NCBI GenBank assembly: GCA_031375925.1 | Contig: JANMIS010000669.1 | Coordinates: forward strand, 1 to 48,663 | DNA: 48,663 nucleotides | Direction: 5' to 3' | From: Synechococcales cyanobacterium OTE_70_concoct_197_sub | Lineage (GTDB): Bacteria; Cyanobacteriota; Cyanobacteriia; Leptolyngbyales; Leptolyngbyaceae | Shown here: positions 25,920-36,030 of the stretch, in pieces | How the letters are laid out: every line of letters begins with the position of its first letter | How positions within the stretch are numbered: the first letter of the stretch is position 1 | Translations under genes and position numbers: made by a program | The notes under the pieces: model-generated | Database searches by the model: none | The model's input: only the letters and a program-made list of their open reading frames with translations | Told to the model about the DNA's origin: nothing

Positions 25920-25986
25920 GGGTTTTATCCCGATTGTGTGCTTTGTGGAACGGGTAAATTAGGGAATAAGCACGATCGGGCGAAAA

Positions 25987-27390
25987 ATGACAGCCTTAAG
26001 GACTCAATACGTAAATTTAACCAGCCATGCAGACAATGCAGACGGGACGCTGACAGTAACAGCAATTGCCCGTCGCAGTGGAATCATGAAGTATCGATCG
26101 GATAGTGGCGATCGGTTTGAATTTGTGCCCCCTGATCTAATTGATGCCCGTGACGATCAAGGTCGCCCCATTATGGGGATGTTGGCAGGTGCGCCGAACA
26201 CTCTGGAACATCCAGCCCAAGTAATTAGATATTCAGCCGATAGCCGTAAAGCCGTACAGGTAGGCAAGGTCAGCGAAGAAATTCACATCTATACGGATGC
26301 AGACGGAGAACGATCGGTGAAAGTTCGTTTCGACGTGTCTGACCCCACAACGATCGCAGATATCAAGAGTGGCAGAAAAACAGGCGTATCCCTCGGCTAT
26401 CTCTGCAACGTGATCAAGGAAGACGGCGAGTACAAAGGCACTCAATACACTCACAGACAGGCAATGCCGTTCACGATCGATCACTTGGCGATCGTGGCTA
26501 ACCCTCGCAATCCCGGCGCACTGATTACCCGATTCGATTCGGATGACACTGCGGTGATGGCAGCGGAAGATGCACGATCGTCCTTTGAGGTGATTCGGGT
26601 GGATGCCTGCTGTTCCGGTTGCGATGGTGATTCTGAGGATGAGCCGGACGAACCGAAAACCAAAAAGAAGAAGGTCAAAACTGATGCCGAGGATTTGCCA
26701 ATGATTCCTGTTACTTTCCAAAATTCAACAATCTCCGTAAAAGATTCGGATCTGCAATCAATGATTGAGGAAGGTCTCGTTCAGCCTGTCCGGTTTGATG
26801 GTCGCGATTTCTATGTGTCCATGGATGTCGCGATCGACCTACACAATGATGGAATTATCGGCGGTGCTTGTGGACCTGGGTGGGAAGGTACTAGAGGCAA
26901 TTGTAAGAGGAAGAAGCGGAACATTGGATCGATCGCCCGGAGGGTTGGGGGTGCTGTTCTAGTTGGCGGCGCGGCTGCATATATCGGAAGCAAGATTGCC
27001 AAGAATCCTAAAAAAGCCGCAGTTCTTGGAGCCGCAGCTTTGGGGGTCGGTGTGTTAGCTCGCCGTAATGCGAAGAAAGCGATGAAGGACTGGGATGAAG
27101 GCATTCAAAATAGCCGAGCAGCCAAAGCCCGGAAGATATCTTTAGACCCGCCAAGTCAAATTGGACAAAATGAACGATTTGCTAGAGTTAAGTCGTTGCA
27201 GTCCGGAACTTCTAGTAAGAACAGTAGTACTTATATCTCCTCCGGGACTAGTGGTAAAGGTGCAGGTTCAAAGTCTGGTTCTGTCGTTATCCCTCAAGGT
27301 GTCTCAGTGAAGGAGGGGAGGGCGCGATCGAAGAATAAGAAGTCAACGGGCAACCCAGGAATCTCCAAGTATCCGTGGAGGGCTAAATAA
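25987..27390 (+). CDS. Head-module protein: N-terminal DUF2213-like (scaffold/protease-like) domain, then an acidic linker, a CxxGWx6C motif and a basic Gly/Ala-zipper tail
   Basis: First gene of the head operon. CGPGWEGTRGNC at 26869-26904, followed by KRKKRN and GGAVLVGGAAAYIG...LGAAALGVGVL. The N-terminal family call is from memory. Confidence 0.5.
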   Translation: MTALRTQYVNLTSHADNADGTLTVTAIARRSGIMKYRSDSGDRFEFVPPDLIDARDDQGRPIMGMLAGAPNTLEHPAQVIRYSADSRKAVQVGKVSEEIHIYTDADGERSVKVRFDVSDPTTIADIKSGRKTGVSLGYLCNVIKEDGEYKGTQYTHRQAMPFTIDHLAIVANPRNPGALITRFDSDDTAVMAAEDARSSFEVIRVDACCSGCDGDSEDEPDEPKTKKKKVKTDAEDLPMIPVTFQNSTISVKDSDLQSMIEEGLVQPVRFDGRDFYVSMDVAIDLHNDGIIGGACGPGWEGTRGNCKRKKRNIGSIARRVGGAVLVGGAAAYIGSKIAKNPKKAAVLGAAALGVGVLARRNAKKAMKDWDEGIQNSRAAKARKISLDPPSQIGQNERFARVKSLQSGTSSKNSSTYISSGTSGKGAGSKSGSVVIPQGVSVKEGRARSKNKKSTGNPGISKYPWRAK

Positions 27391-27788
27391 TGGAAGTCTG
27401 CGGAAAAGGGTGGAAGGGGATGCGAGGTCACTGCATCCGAGAAAGAGTGATGAAGCCTAAAAACATCGCTAGAGCGGGGATCGCAGTGACCGGAATTGGG
27501 GTAGCTCTTAAGGCGAGAGCAAAGCTAAAGACCATGACTCCCGGCCAGAGAACGGCAACAGCGATCGGCGTCGGGGCAGTCCTCGGAGGTGCAGCAGTAG
27601 CAGCTTACAAGCTCAAAAAAAGATCTGAGAGGATAAAGAAAGTCAAGGTAAAGAGAGGGAAAAGTTCTGAAAAACTGAAAAGCGTTTTATCCCGAAAAAA
27701 GACCGAAAGGCTGATGAAGTCAGGCAAAAGGAAAGAGTCACTAAGGAGTGCTCTACAAGAGTCGAAAAGTAAACGACTGTTCACATAA
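27390..27788 (+). CDS. Basic protein, paralogue of the C-terminal module of the preceding gene
   Basis: MEVCGKGWKGMRGHC (27399-27434), then Gly/Ala-zipper helices and a Lys-rich tail. TAATG coupling. Confidence 0.6.
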   Translation: MEVCGKGWKGMRGHCIRERVMKPKNIARAGIAVTGIGVALKARAKLKTMTPGQRTATAIGVGAVLGGAAVAAYKLKKRSERIKKVKVKRGKSSEKLKSVLSRKKTERLMKSGKRKESLRSALQESKSKRLFT

Positions 27789-27808
27789 AGCAATTTCAGG
27801 AGTAACAA

Positions 27809-28528
<720 letters not shown>

Positions 28529-28538
28529 GAGAACCCTT

Positions 28539-29366
28539 ATGACGACTTACGCACAGGGAGCCGCCACTCGGGTTAATAGCCCTAGCATCGCGGTTCCGGG
28601 AATGATGCTCAATACTGTTCAGTCGATCGAAGCGATCAACCTCGCCGATGAAGCTGCACAGGTTCTCACCCTGAAACTCACGGCGGCAACAGGCGCTACT
28701 GAATACGCCCTCACGGTCAATGGTTATACACTGAGTTTCACGACTCCAGCAACGATCGCAATGGCAGATCTCCAAACGTTGCTGATTGACAAACTGCAAA
28801 TCAATCCAGAGATTTCAGGCGTGTTTACGATCATCAAATCGGGTGCTGACTCGGTGACACTGACGGCGATGGCTGCGGGGATTGCTTACGCTTTTGCTGG
28901 AACAACGCTAATCACCGTCACGCAAGCAACCGCGCCGATGTCGGCTAAGTCGTTGGGATTTGGTCGGGTGGTGACGGGCCGAAAGAAATTCGTGAACAAG
29001 CTCATGATTTGTGGCGCTCCGACTGCGACTACTCAAAAGGCGATCGGCGTCACTCAACGCAGTCACGGAGGGTACCACAATTTCGACGGGACCAATAGTA
29101 CGGACGGCCTCGATCGTGGTGAGTTCGTTTCACTGGCGACTCAGGGGCAAGGCTGGCTTGAGTTTGAGTCGATGGTGGACTACGCGATCGAGGGTTCGCT
29201 GTTCTATCGATCGGTTCCAAGCGCAACGCAATTGGATACTGGAAAGCTGGTCTATGCGGCGGCGGCTCCGGCTGGCTTTGTACCCTTCCCTGGCACCGTC
29301 AACTCTGAAACTTCAACGATTCCTGATGGCCGCGTTGTTGGCCTCGTCACATTCACATTGGTGTAA
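28539..29366 (+). CDS. Virion structural protein (possibly decoration or cement)
   Basis: Sits between the scaffold-like gene and the capsid-like gene. Beta-rich and Thr/Ala-rich. Confidence 0.4.
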   Translation: MTTYAQGAATRVNSPSIAVPGMMLNTVQSIEAINLADEAAQVLTLKLTAATGATEYALTVNGYTLSFTTPATIAMADLQTLLIDKLQINPEISGVFTIIKSGADSVTLTAMAAGIAYAFAGTTLITVTQATAPMSAKSLGFGRVVTGRKKFVNKLMICGAPTATTQKAIGVTQRSHGGYHNFDGTNSTDGLDRGEFVSLATQGQGWLEFESMVDYAIEGSLFYRSVPSATQLDTGKLVYAAAAPAGFVPFPGTVNSETSTIPDGRVVGLVTFTLV

Positions 29367-29370
29367 TTAA

Positions 29371-30435
29371 ATGCTTTTAGCTGACAAATCTAAGGCCCTG
29401 CAACAGGGGCACGATCTTTACAATATCTATCAGCGTCACAGCGACGGCTTGATTGACCTGACCAAACACGCCGACGCCAAGAATGAAATTGACACCCTCC
29501 AACGCTTTGATAGTGAAGCTGCTGGGTTACTTCGTCAAACCCTGGCCTATTACAGCCCAAAACCGATCGTCACGGAGTATCAGCAATATCAATATGCCGA
29601 CCCCGGTAAAATTGTCCCTCGTAGTGGGGATGGTTCTATGGTCGGGGTTCTTGAGATCGTGAAATCGGTCTACACCGATATTGGGGTTTGGTTGCCTGTT
29701 GGTGCAATCTCTCGCAACGTTGGTCGTGTTGATGTCGGGATGCATGAGATTGTTTACGGCAGCAAGTATGAAGCTGCTTCGATCGCTTATACCAGTCAAG
29801 AACTCGATCGCATTGCCTACGCGAAAGCCAACGCAAGCACGATCGGCGCAATGATTGACACAGTGCAAGCCAAGATGAGCGCCGTATCACGGGCCTATCT
29901 CAAACTTGTCAATGATGTCATGGCATTCGGGCTGCCGGGTGATGTTGTCTATGGACTGCACACTCACCCGAATGTTACTCGGGTTAAATGCCCGTATCGT
30001 CCCGGTGCGTTGCGGACTGCCGAGGAGAACATTGCGATCTTCACGTTGGCGATCGCAATCATGAACAAAATCAGCGGGAATCTTTACTCGCCTGATATTG
30101 TCATTGGCCCAATGACAATCATGAACGAGTTGACAATGCAGCGGATCGGTGCTTCGAGCGATCTCTCCACTCTTGAATACATCAAGAAAAACAGCAGCGT
30201 GAAAGCTTACGTCGCGACGAAAGAGGCTGAGTCGGCCTCCAAGTCTAAGGGCGCGATTCTTCACTTTATGTTCCGTGATACCGACACTCAGGGCTTGATC
30301 ACAAAACAAATGACCCAAATCGCCGCACCGCAATTCAACGCAAACGGTGAGTGGCAGGTCATTTGGGATGCGTCTTTCTCCGGTGTTCATCTCGATCGTC
30401 CTTACAAACATCTCATTTTGGAGCTTCCTGACTAA
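29371..30435 (+). CDS. Major capsid protein candidate (DUF2184-like)
   Basis: 354 aa, downstream of the DUF2213-like and scaffold-like genes, which is the usual order. The family call is from memory and position. Confidence 0.55.
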   Translation: MLLADKSKALQQGHDLYNIYQRHSDGLIDLTKHADAKNEIDTLQRFDSEAAGLLRQTLAYYSPKPIVTEYQQYQYADPGKIVPRSGDGSMVGVLEIVKSVYTDIGVWLPVGAISRNVGRVDVGMHEIVYGSKYEAASIAYTSQELDRIAYAKANASTIGAMIDTVQAKMSAVSRAYLKLVNDVMAFGLPGDVVYGLHTHPNVTRVKCPYRPGALRTAEENIAIFTLAIAIMNKISGNLYSPDIVIGPMTIMNELTMQRIGASSDLSTLEYIKKNSSVKAYVATKEAESASKSKGAILHFMFRDTDTQGLITKQMTQIAAPQFNANGEWQVIWDASFSGVHLDRPYKHLILELPD

Positions 30436-31052
30436 TGGCAACAACAACAACACCGACGAAGCCTGAAATCGAGAAGGCACCCATGACGGGGAACCGATTC
30501 ATTATCTGGAATCCCCGTCTTGACCCCACTGTTTATGCCGCACCCCAACGCAGTACAGATGTTCGTTTCTTCACGATGTCGTGGATGGACTCGATCGCTT
30601 TTGCCCTAACCCCGGTCGCTCCGGGCGGTGGTATTACTCCCACCTTCAGAACCTTGATGCTTTCCCCTGGATTGAATGAGGTTAGCTGTGAGGAATGGGA
30701 ATCTGCGGTAAAGGCTGGTCAGGCATTCGGCGGCGATCGTCAACAAGTCCGGCCCGCGCACTCTCCTGAAGAGCGGTTAACTTTATCCTCTCAGCACGGA
30801 CTAGATCCATTGCAAGAGCAGATTGAGGCAGGGGCGATCGTCGTTCCGGCATTGGCTACTGATGCCCCACTAGGGACGATCTGCGACTACACCGTTCAGT
30901 CGATCGTCAAGATTGTTGAGACGGTGAAAGATGCTCAGACCTTGCAGTCATGGCTCACTGGGATTGCCCAAGGTGCGATCGTTTGTACCGATAAACCCAA
31001 GACTGAACGCATTCTCAAGTCAGCGATCGATACGCTGAATGGGGTTCGATAA
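30435..31052 (+). CDS. Head-associated hypothetical protein (205 aa)
   Basis: TAATG coupling on both sides. Confidence 0.6.
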   Translation: MATTTTPTKPEIEKAPMTGNRFIIWNPRLDPTVYAAPQRSTDVRFFTMSWMDSIAFALTPVAPGGGITPTFRTLMLSPGLNEVSCEEWESAVKAGQAFGGDRQQVRPAHSPEERLTLSSQHGLDPLQEQIEAGAIVVPALATDAPLGTICDYTVQSIVKIVETVKDAQTLQSWLTGIAQGAIVCTDKPKTERILKSAIDTLNGVR

Positions 31053-31495
31053 TGCCTACGATCGCTGATTTTCATGCTCATCCATTATTCGGGAGTTTCA
31101 TTGCTCCTAAATATCCTGATGCAATCGTTCAGGAATTCTTGACGATCGCAGAGGCAGAGCTTGAAGAACATCGATCGTGCATGGGGGTTCAGTTCGACAG
31201 GATTGCGTTTTTCCTCACCGCTCATCGGCTCACCAAGTTAAATGCGGCGGGGCTTTTAACCGACTCTGCGGCTGCGTCTGTGGGGCTTATGTCAGTGTCA
31301 GAAATGCGTCAAGTCGTGTCAAATCTATCGGTGAGTGACGAGGCTGGGAGTGAGTCAGTGACTTTTGTTCAGCCGAATAGCTCAAACAGTGGATTAGACA
31401 AGAGTGCAGAAGATTTCGCCTCGACTCAATTCGGGATACTTTATCTCACCTTTTTCAACAAGTTTCGATGCCCTCGATCGTGGATGGTGGTGTGA
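31052..31495 (+). CDS. Head-tail connector or adaptor candidate (147 aa)
   Basis: Call rests on position after the capsid gene and on translational coupling only. Confidence 0.4.
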   Translation: MPTIADFHAHPLFGSFIAPKYPDAIVQEFLTIAEAELEEHRSCMGVQFDRIAFFLTAHRLTKLNAAGLLTDSAAASVGLMSVSEMRQVVSNLSVSDEAGSESVTFVQPNSSNSGLDKSAEDFASTQFGILYLTFFNKFRCPRSWMVV

Positions 31496-32016
31496 TGGGC
31501 TTATTCAGCAAGATTCCTGGAATTGATTGGGACTATACACGACTGAAAGACGTGATCGATGCCCTAACGGGTGAAACGATTCGTCGTCGGGCACAGCATG
31601 TAATCCTGTTCGACCCTGCGACTGGAGATCCGATCGTACTGAATGGGAACGGCACAGTTTCACCTGCAAATCCTCAGCAACTCACCACGATCGCTGACAA
31701 ATTAGAGTCCATCTTTCCATCGGGCATTTCTAACTTTGACATCCTCCCACAAACCCCATTGACTGCAACGGCCAGAGCTTTAACAAGTGATCAAACCCTT
31801 TGCCGATCGATACAAATCTTCTCCGTTCGTCCGGACGGCTCAGACAATATTGATCGCATCGGGATTGGAGATGCTGACCTGCAAATTATCTATATCGAGC
31901 CTGGGTTGGGGGCGTGGGAACGGAGCGCGCCGATCGGGAAGATGCTTGATCTCTCCCAAATTTATGTGAGGGCGATTAGCCCCGGCGACTGCATCAGTGT
32001 AGCTGTGGAGTTTTAG
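31495..32016 (+). CDS. Hypothetical structural protein (173 aa)
   Basis: Start moved to ATG 31495 (MGLFSK...), which overlaps the upstream TGA. Confidence 0.55.
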   Translation: MGLFSKIPGIDWDYTRLKDVIDALTGETIRRRAQHVILFDPATGDPIVLNGNGTVSPANPQQLTTIADKLESIFPSGISNFDILPQTPLTATARALTSDQTLCRSIQIFSVRPDGSDNIDRIGIGDADLQIIYIEPGLGAWERSAPIGKMLDLSQIYVRAISPGDCISVAVEF

Positions 32017-32018
32017 CC

Positions 32019-32702
32019 ATGCCCTTTAGCTATCAAAAAGGAACCCGCCAAACACGACCGCCCATATCTCGCCCGATCGAATTCCAAACGCTCAATCCAA
32101 CAGCTATAGCTATTCCTGTCGGTGCTACTCGCATGAGCTACGTTTTAGCAGGCGGCGGCGGCGGTGGGGCTAGTGGCGGAACAGGCGATCGGTGTGGCGG
32201 TGGTGGTGGGAACTGCGGTGAAACTGCTTTTGGTGATGTCGATTTGACTGAGTTGGCTTCTTTGATTTTTGGATCTTATCAGCCCACTCAATTAGCTTCG
32301 ATCGCATTCCTCCCTTCGATCGGCGCAGGCGGCAATGGCGGCATTATCCAGACTCTCCCCAATACCAATGGAAACAGTGGTCAATCAGGACAAGATGGGC
32401 GGTTAATTGCAAAAACCAATCTACCAGGAAATCCGATCGAGGTTGTCATCGGCATCGCTAACGGTGGAACCCCTGGAATGGGTGGGACATTGCTAGAGGG
32501 ATGGTGTCGGGACGAAAGGGCGCGAACCTACAATCAATTCGGTGGGCGCGGCATTACCTCAATCAAAAACGAAGCGCGATCGATGCGCGGGTCTTCTTTG
32601 TTTACGCAAATCAATCAATACGGTAATGGTGGGCACGGTGGCGATCGTGGTCAACCAGGGCTAGCAGGTTCGATTGGATATTGTTCAATCATCTTCTATT
32701 AG
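32019..32702 (+). CDS. Glycine-rich structural protein
   Basis: GGGGGGASGGTGDRCGGGGGNCGE and several NGG/GGxG stretches. Confidence 0.55.
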   Translation: MPFSYQKGTRQTRPPISRPIEFQTLNPTAIAIPVGATRMSYVLAGGGGGGASGGTGDRCGGGGGNCGETAFGDVDLTELASLIFGSYQPTQLASIAFLPSIGAGGNGGIIQTLPNTNGNSGQSGQDGRLIAKTNLPGNPIEVVIGIANGGTPGMGGTLLEGWCRDERARTYNQFGGRGITSIKNEARSMRGSSLFTQINQYGNGGHGGDRGQPGLAGSIGYCSIIFY

Positions 32703-32784
32703 CGCAAACTGCCACAGCATTAAACCCCGGTAGCTGTGGCGTGACCGGGTTTGAAGTATATAACTACTCGCGAGTGTAATAACA

Positions 32785-33978
32785 ATGCCTGGAACAGTTT
32801 ATCCTGTTAGCAATAGCACATGGTCCGTTCGTTATAATGCGGATGTTGCCAGTGGAACAGTAGAGCGTAGTCAAGATTTGTCCACTTGGCTCCGAATCAA
32901 TGATGGGGAAGGCTTGGTTGGGGCGTATCTGCTAGGGAGCGAGGTCTACGTTTCTCGAAATGATGGGATTTATTTCAAGAGTCTTGTGGTAGACGGTACT
33001 TGGGTCGCAATCACTGCGTCTGAATACAACACCGCAGCATCCGGCGCTGTGTTCCTTGGAGGCGTTGCTGCAACTCCCGCACCCGCTCCAGCACCATCCG
33101 GACCCATGCACGTAATCGCAACTGATGTTGATGTTACTGGGCACCAAATCCACAATTTGGCTGCTGGTGTTGCGCCCACTGATGGTGTCAATGTCTCGCA
33201 GTTGTCTGCGCTCAATCTGTCGCTAACAACTGCGATTGAAGCTGGCGACCTTGCCAACGCAAACGCAGTAGCAGCCGCTAACGTTCGCATTGACAATCTT
33301 CCTGCTGGGCTGACGATGGCGCAAGTCACGGCTGAAGCTCAACGCTTGGTCGGGATTGCTGTTGCAGATGAAATCATTGACGACGCACAAAAGCAACTCT
33401 TAGTTGATGCTGTCCTCACGGCTCTTCAAGATGTTGATGTCAGCATTTTGACTGATGTTGATGCTCTTGAAGTCGCACTGGCTAGCCTCTTGCCTCGCGT
33501 TCTAGCACTTGAGGCCGCTAAGGTCGCTCAAGACGCTATTAACACTGCTCAAACGGCTACCAACTCCGCTCAAGGTGCGACTAACGCGTCTGTGCAAAAT
33601 GCACTTGATGCTAACGTTGCTGCGATCGGTGTTGAAGCTGCGACTAACGCGGCTCAAAACACTATCCTGACTAGCCACGCTAATCAAATCAGTGCGATCA
33701 ATCTGCGCCTTGACCCGATTGTTTATAAAGTGCGTGGCGGAGTTTGTTCCGAAGCTGTTAATGCAATGGCTTCGCAGTGCGTTCGAACTGGCATTGCTGG
33801 CCCTGACGCTTCCTACTCTGTGTCGTTGCCTGCGGATCGCGCTCATTCTGTGGGCGTTGTCTACCTGATGATGAGCGGTAAACGTGTTCAAGTCGCTTGC
33901 GGATCCACGGTTGACGCGGCTGGACTTGTCAATCAGTTCACATTCCTGAATGTAGACGCTGATATCGTATTCAGTTAA
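32785..33978 (+). CDS. Tail fibre protein
   Basis: HQIHNLAAGVAPTDGVNVSQL matches the I.NL....DaVN..QL motif of phage fibre proteins. A long Ala/Asn/Val coiled region follows. Confidence 0.6.
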   Translation: MPGTVYPVSNSTWSVRYNADVASGTVERSQDLSTWLRINDGEGLVGAYLLGSEVYVSRNDGIYFKSLVVDGTWVAITASEYNTAASGAVFLGGVAATPAPAPAPSGPMHVIATDVDVTGHQIHNLAAGVAPTDGVNVSQLSALNLSLTTAIEAGDLANANAVAAANVRIDNLPAGLTMAQVTAEAQRLVGIAVADEIIDDAQKQLLVDAVLTALQDVDVSILTDVDALEVALASLLPRVLALEAAKVAQDAINTAQTATNSAQGATNASVQNALDANVAAIGVEAATNAAQNTILTSHANQISAINLRLDPIVYKVRGGVCSEAVNAMASQCVRTGIAGPDASYSVSLPADRAHSVGVVYLMMSGKRVQVACGSTVDAAGLVNQFTFLNVDADIVFS

Positions 33979-33984
33979 AACCCT

Positions 33985-34016
33985 TCCCCCGATCGGCTAT
34001 CTGATCGATCGGGGGA
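33985..34016 (+). terminator. Terminator hairpin after the fibre gene
   Basis: TCCCCCGATCG-gctatctgat-CGATCGGGGGA followed by TTT. Confidence 0.6.
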
Positions 34017-34035
34017 TTTCACCTCCTGAAAACCC

Positions 34036-34605
34036 ATGAAAATCACAACTTCCCCCGAGTATCTAAGCGCTATTGCAAGCGGGCCAATCTCGCAAATCTG
34101 TGAGAATACCTGCCAAGCCACCTGTGTCCATGCGGTGCTAGGCGGAGAACCTTCGATCGTGCAAGTCCGAGAGGGTTTGGTGTCGATGGGGCAGGCTGGC
34201 GATCCGGCTGTGATGGCCGAATACCTGCACAAATATTTTGCGAGTCGTTATCAGTATGAGGGTGCTGCATCGATCTCTGACATGAAATCATGGATACGAT
34301 TGGGCGAAGTCCTAATCACTCATGGATGGTTTACAGGATCGGGTCATGTGATTATTCTGGATGGGTGTGACGATCGGGGATTCCGGGCAATGGACCCATT
34401 TGAAGAGTTCGACGGTCCAACGTGGCAATACCATGGCGAGTTGCAATCCTACCAAGGCCGATATTCTGACTTGCTAATTTATGCCGCTTGCGTGGCGGGG
34501 AATAGCAAGTGGGATGCAGACGCAGTTTATCAAATTGGTGCGATCGATTTAAGCCATAAGGCTGCATGGGTGCATAGAATCAAGCCCTCTGTCGCAGGTG
34601 AATAA
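34036..34605 (+). CDS. Papain-like (C39-like) cysteine peptidase candidate, possible endolysin
   Basis: Candidate Cys in QICENTCQATCVHAVLGG and candidate His in GSGHVIILDG. The gene lies in a lysis-like cassette. Confidence 0.4.
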   Translation: MKITTSPEYLSAIASGPISQICENTCQATCVHAVLGGEPSIVQVREGLVSMGQAGDPAVMAEYLHKYFASRYQYEGAASISDMKSWIRLGEVLITHGWFTGSGHVIILDGCDDRGFRAMDPFEEFDGPTWQYHGELQSYQGRYSDLLIYAACVAGNSKWDADAVYQIGAIDLSHKAAWVHRIKPSVAGE

Positions 34606-35287
34606 AGTGGGATTAAAAGATTTAGAGCCTGAATTAGACTTAAGATTTGTCGAGCGGTCGAAGGGGCAGATCCACGAAACGCCGATCGAAAAATTCCCCT
34701 GTGTAATTGGACACTCCGGGAATATTGCCCCCACGCTACTCAACGGAACGATCTCAAACAAGCACTGCACCATTCGCTATGACTTGACGAAGCGATCGTA
34801 CTCAGTGGAAGACGGGGCCGATGGGAAGGCCTCAAGCAACGGAATTTACTTTGGCGATGGTGGAGAGAGTCAAAAGGTCGATCGGGCCACGCTAACTAAG
34901 CTTGGAGAGAAAGTGTATGTCCTCCGGCTAGTTAGTGGGGAGGAGGGATACGTTGAGCTTTACGACTCAAGAAAAGAGGCGTTTTGTGGACGATCGACCC
35001 AAGATATTGACCCTCGGTTGGTTCGCACTGAGGCAAAGGCGACGGAAGCTCATTCGATCGCGACTCGGAATGCTGCGCATATTGAGAAGCTTGAAGGCAA
35101 GTTGAGGCAAGTTCTGATTTTTTATGATGCTATTACGAATAATCCTAAGAAGTCCTTGATCGCAATCTTTATCACCGCTTTAGCTCTTTGTGTCGGAACT
35201 CCATTCTTGATTCTCTATACCTACAGGGATCAAATTGCTGATGAGGTGATAAACCGTTACAGGCAATCACCAGAATATCGAAAATAG
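34598..35287 (+). CDS. FHA-domain protein with a C-terminal TM anchor
   Basis: FPCVIGHSGN...ISNKHCTIRY...SYSVEDG...SSNGIYF fits the FHA G-R/H...S-x-x-H...NG pattern. C-terminal TM segment LIAIFITALALCVGTPFLILY. GTG start overlaps the upstream stop. Confidence 0.6.
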   Translation: MNKVGLKDLEPELDLRFVERSKGQIHETPIEKFPCVIGHSGNIAPTLLNGTISNKHCTIRYDLTKRSYSVEDGADGKASSNGIYFGDGGESQKVDRATLTKLGEKVYVLRLVSGEEGYVELYDSRKEAFCGRSTQDIDPRLVRTEAKATEAHSIATRNAAHIEKLEGKLRQVLIFYDAITNNPKKSLIAIFITALALCVGTPFLILYTYRDQIADEVINRYRQSPEYRK

Positions 35288-35337
35288 TCGATATTCTTCA
35301 ACTTTTCGCCCTCTTGCTATATCGTTTTTTTGCTAAT

Positions 35338-35365
35338 TTGCTAATCTCAATGTGTTCTCTATATA
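35338..35365 (+). promoter_or_regulatory. Sigma70-like promoter candidate
   Basis: TTGCTA-16 nt-TATATA, about 27 nt upstream of ATG 35392. A tandem TTTGCTAA x2 overlaps the -35 box. Confidence 0.4.
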
Positions 35366-35391
35366 TACCCAATCATCATGAAGGATAGCAG

Positions 35392-35922
35392 ATGTGGTTC
35401 CAGTGGAAGTCCAAACAGTCAGATCGACCCAGACGAGTTCATTATCTTGAGAGAATTGGACTGGGAAGAGAGTATATTACGGCATACTACTGCCTCGAAG
35501 AATGGCGACCTGGCGATAATTGGCATGATGCAAGCGATCGGCTCCGCAGCATTGTACAAAAAGAGCTTCTCAAAGAGGCTCCATACATCACGTTTGGCTC
35601 AATCTCCCTACATGATGTATGGGCTGCGATCGTGCCGTCGGTTCGCCCTTCTCATTGGATCACTGCGGGATTTAGGTCCACTGAAATACTCAAGGCAAAG
35701 ACTCCGATAATTCAGATTCCCGTTTCTCTTGGGGATAATGGCAGTGCCATTCGGGGCATTGGGGGAGTCGTCTTTTTCGCGATCGATGCACTCCCCTATC
35801 CCGAATCGCTAGACATCTCATCTCGCGATCGTGCAGTGTTCTCAATTACGTTGCTCTCGGCGTTGTCGATCGCAGTTCGTGACCAAATGAGAGCACAAAG
35901 ACAAGCGCCACCAATGAGGTAA
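35392..35922 (+). CDS. Hypothetical protein with a hydrophobic C-terminal half (176 aa)
   Basis: GAAGGA lies upstream of the ATG. The hydrophobic segments IGGVVFFAIDAL and VFSITLLSALSIAV suggest a holin or membrane role; this is speculative. Confidence 0.55.
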   Translation: MWFQWKSKQSDRPRRVHYLERIGLGREYITAYYCLEEWRPGDNWHDASDRLRSIVQKELLKEAPYITFGSISLHDVWAAIVPSVRPSHWITAGFRSTEILKAKTPIIQIPVSLGDNGSAIRGIGGVVFFAIDALPYPESLDISSRDRAVFSITLLSALSIAVRDQMRAQRQAPPMR

Positions 35923-35925
35923 GCC

Positions 35926-36030
35926 ATGACAGCAGCACTTACGATCGCTACTCTCTGCCTAATCGCAACTCTAATCTGGGCCTATATCTGGCTGTCGAGA
36001 AACCTCACCGAGGACCCATACGATCGCTAA
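35926..36030 (+). CDS. 34-aa single-pass TM peptide, below the ORF-track cutoff
   Basis: MTAALTIATLCLIATLIWAYIWLSRNLTEDPYDR. The ATG is 3 nt after the upstream TAA, and its TAA overlaps the terminase ATG (TAATG). Confidence 0.5.
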   Translation: MTAALTIATLCLIATLIWAYIWLSRNLTEDPYDR

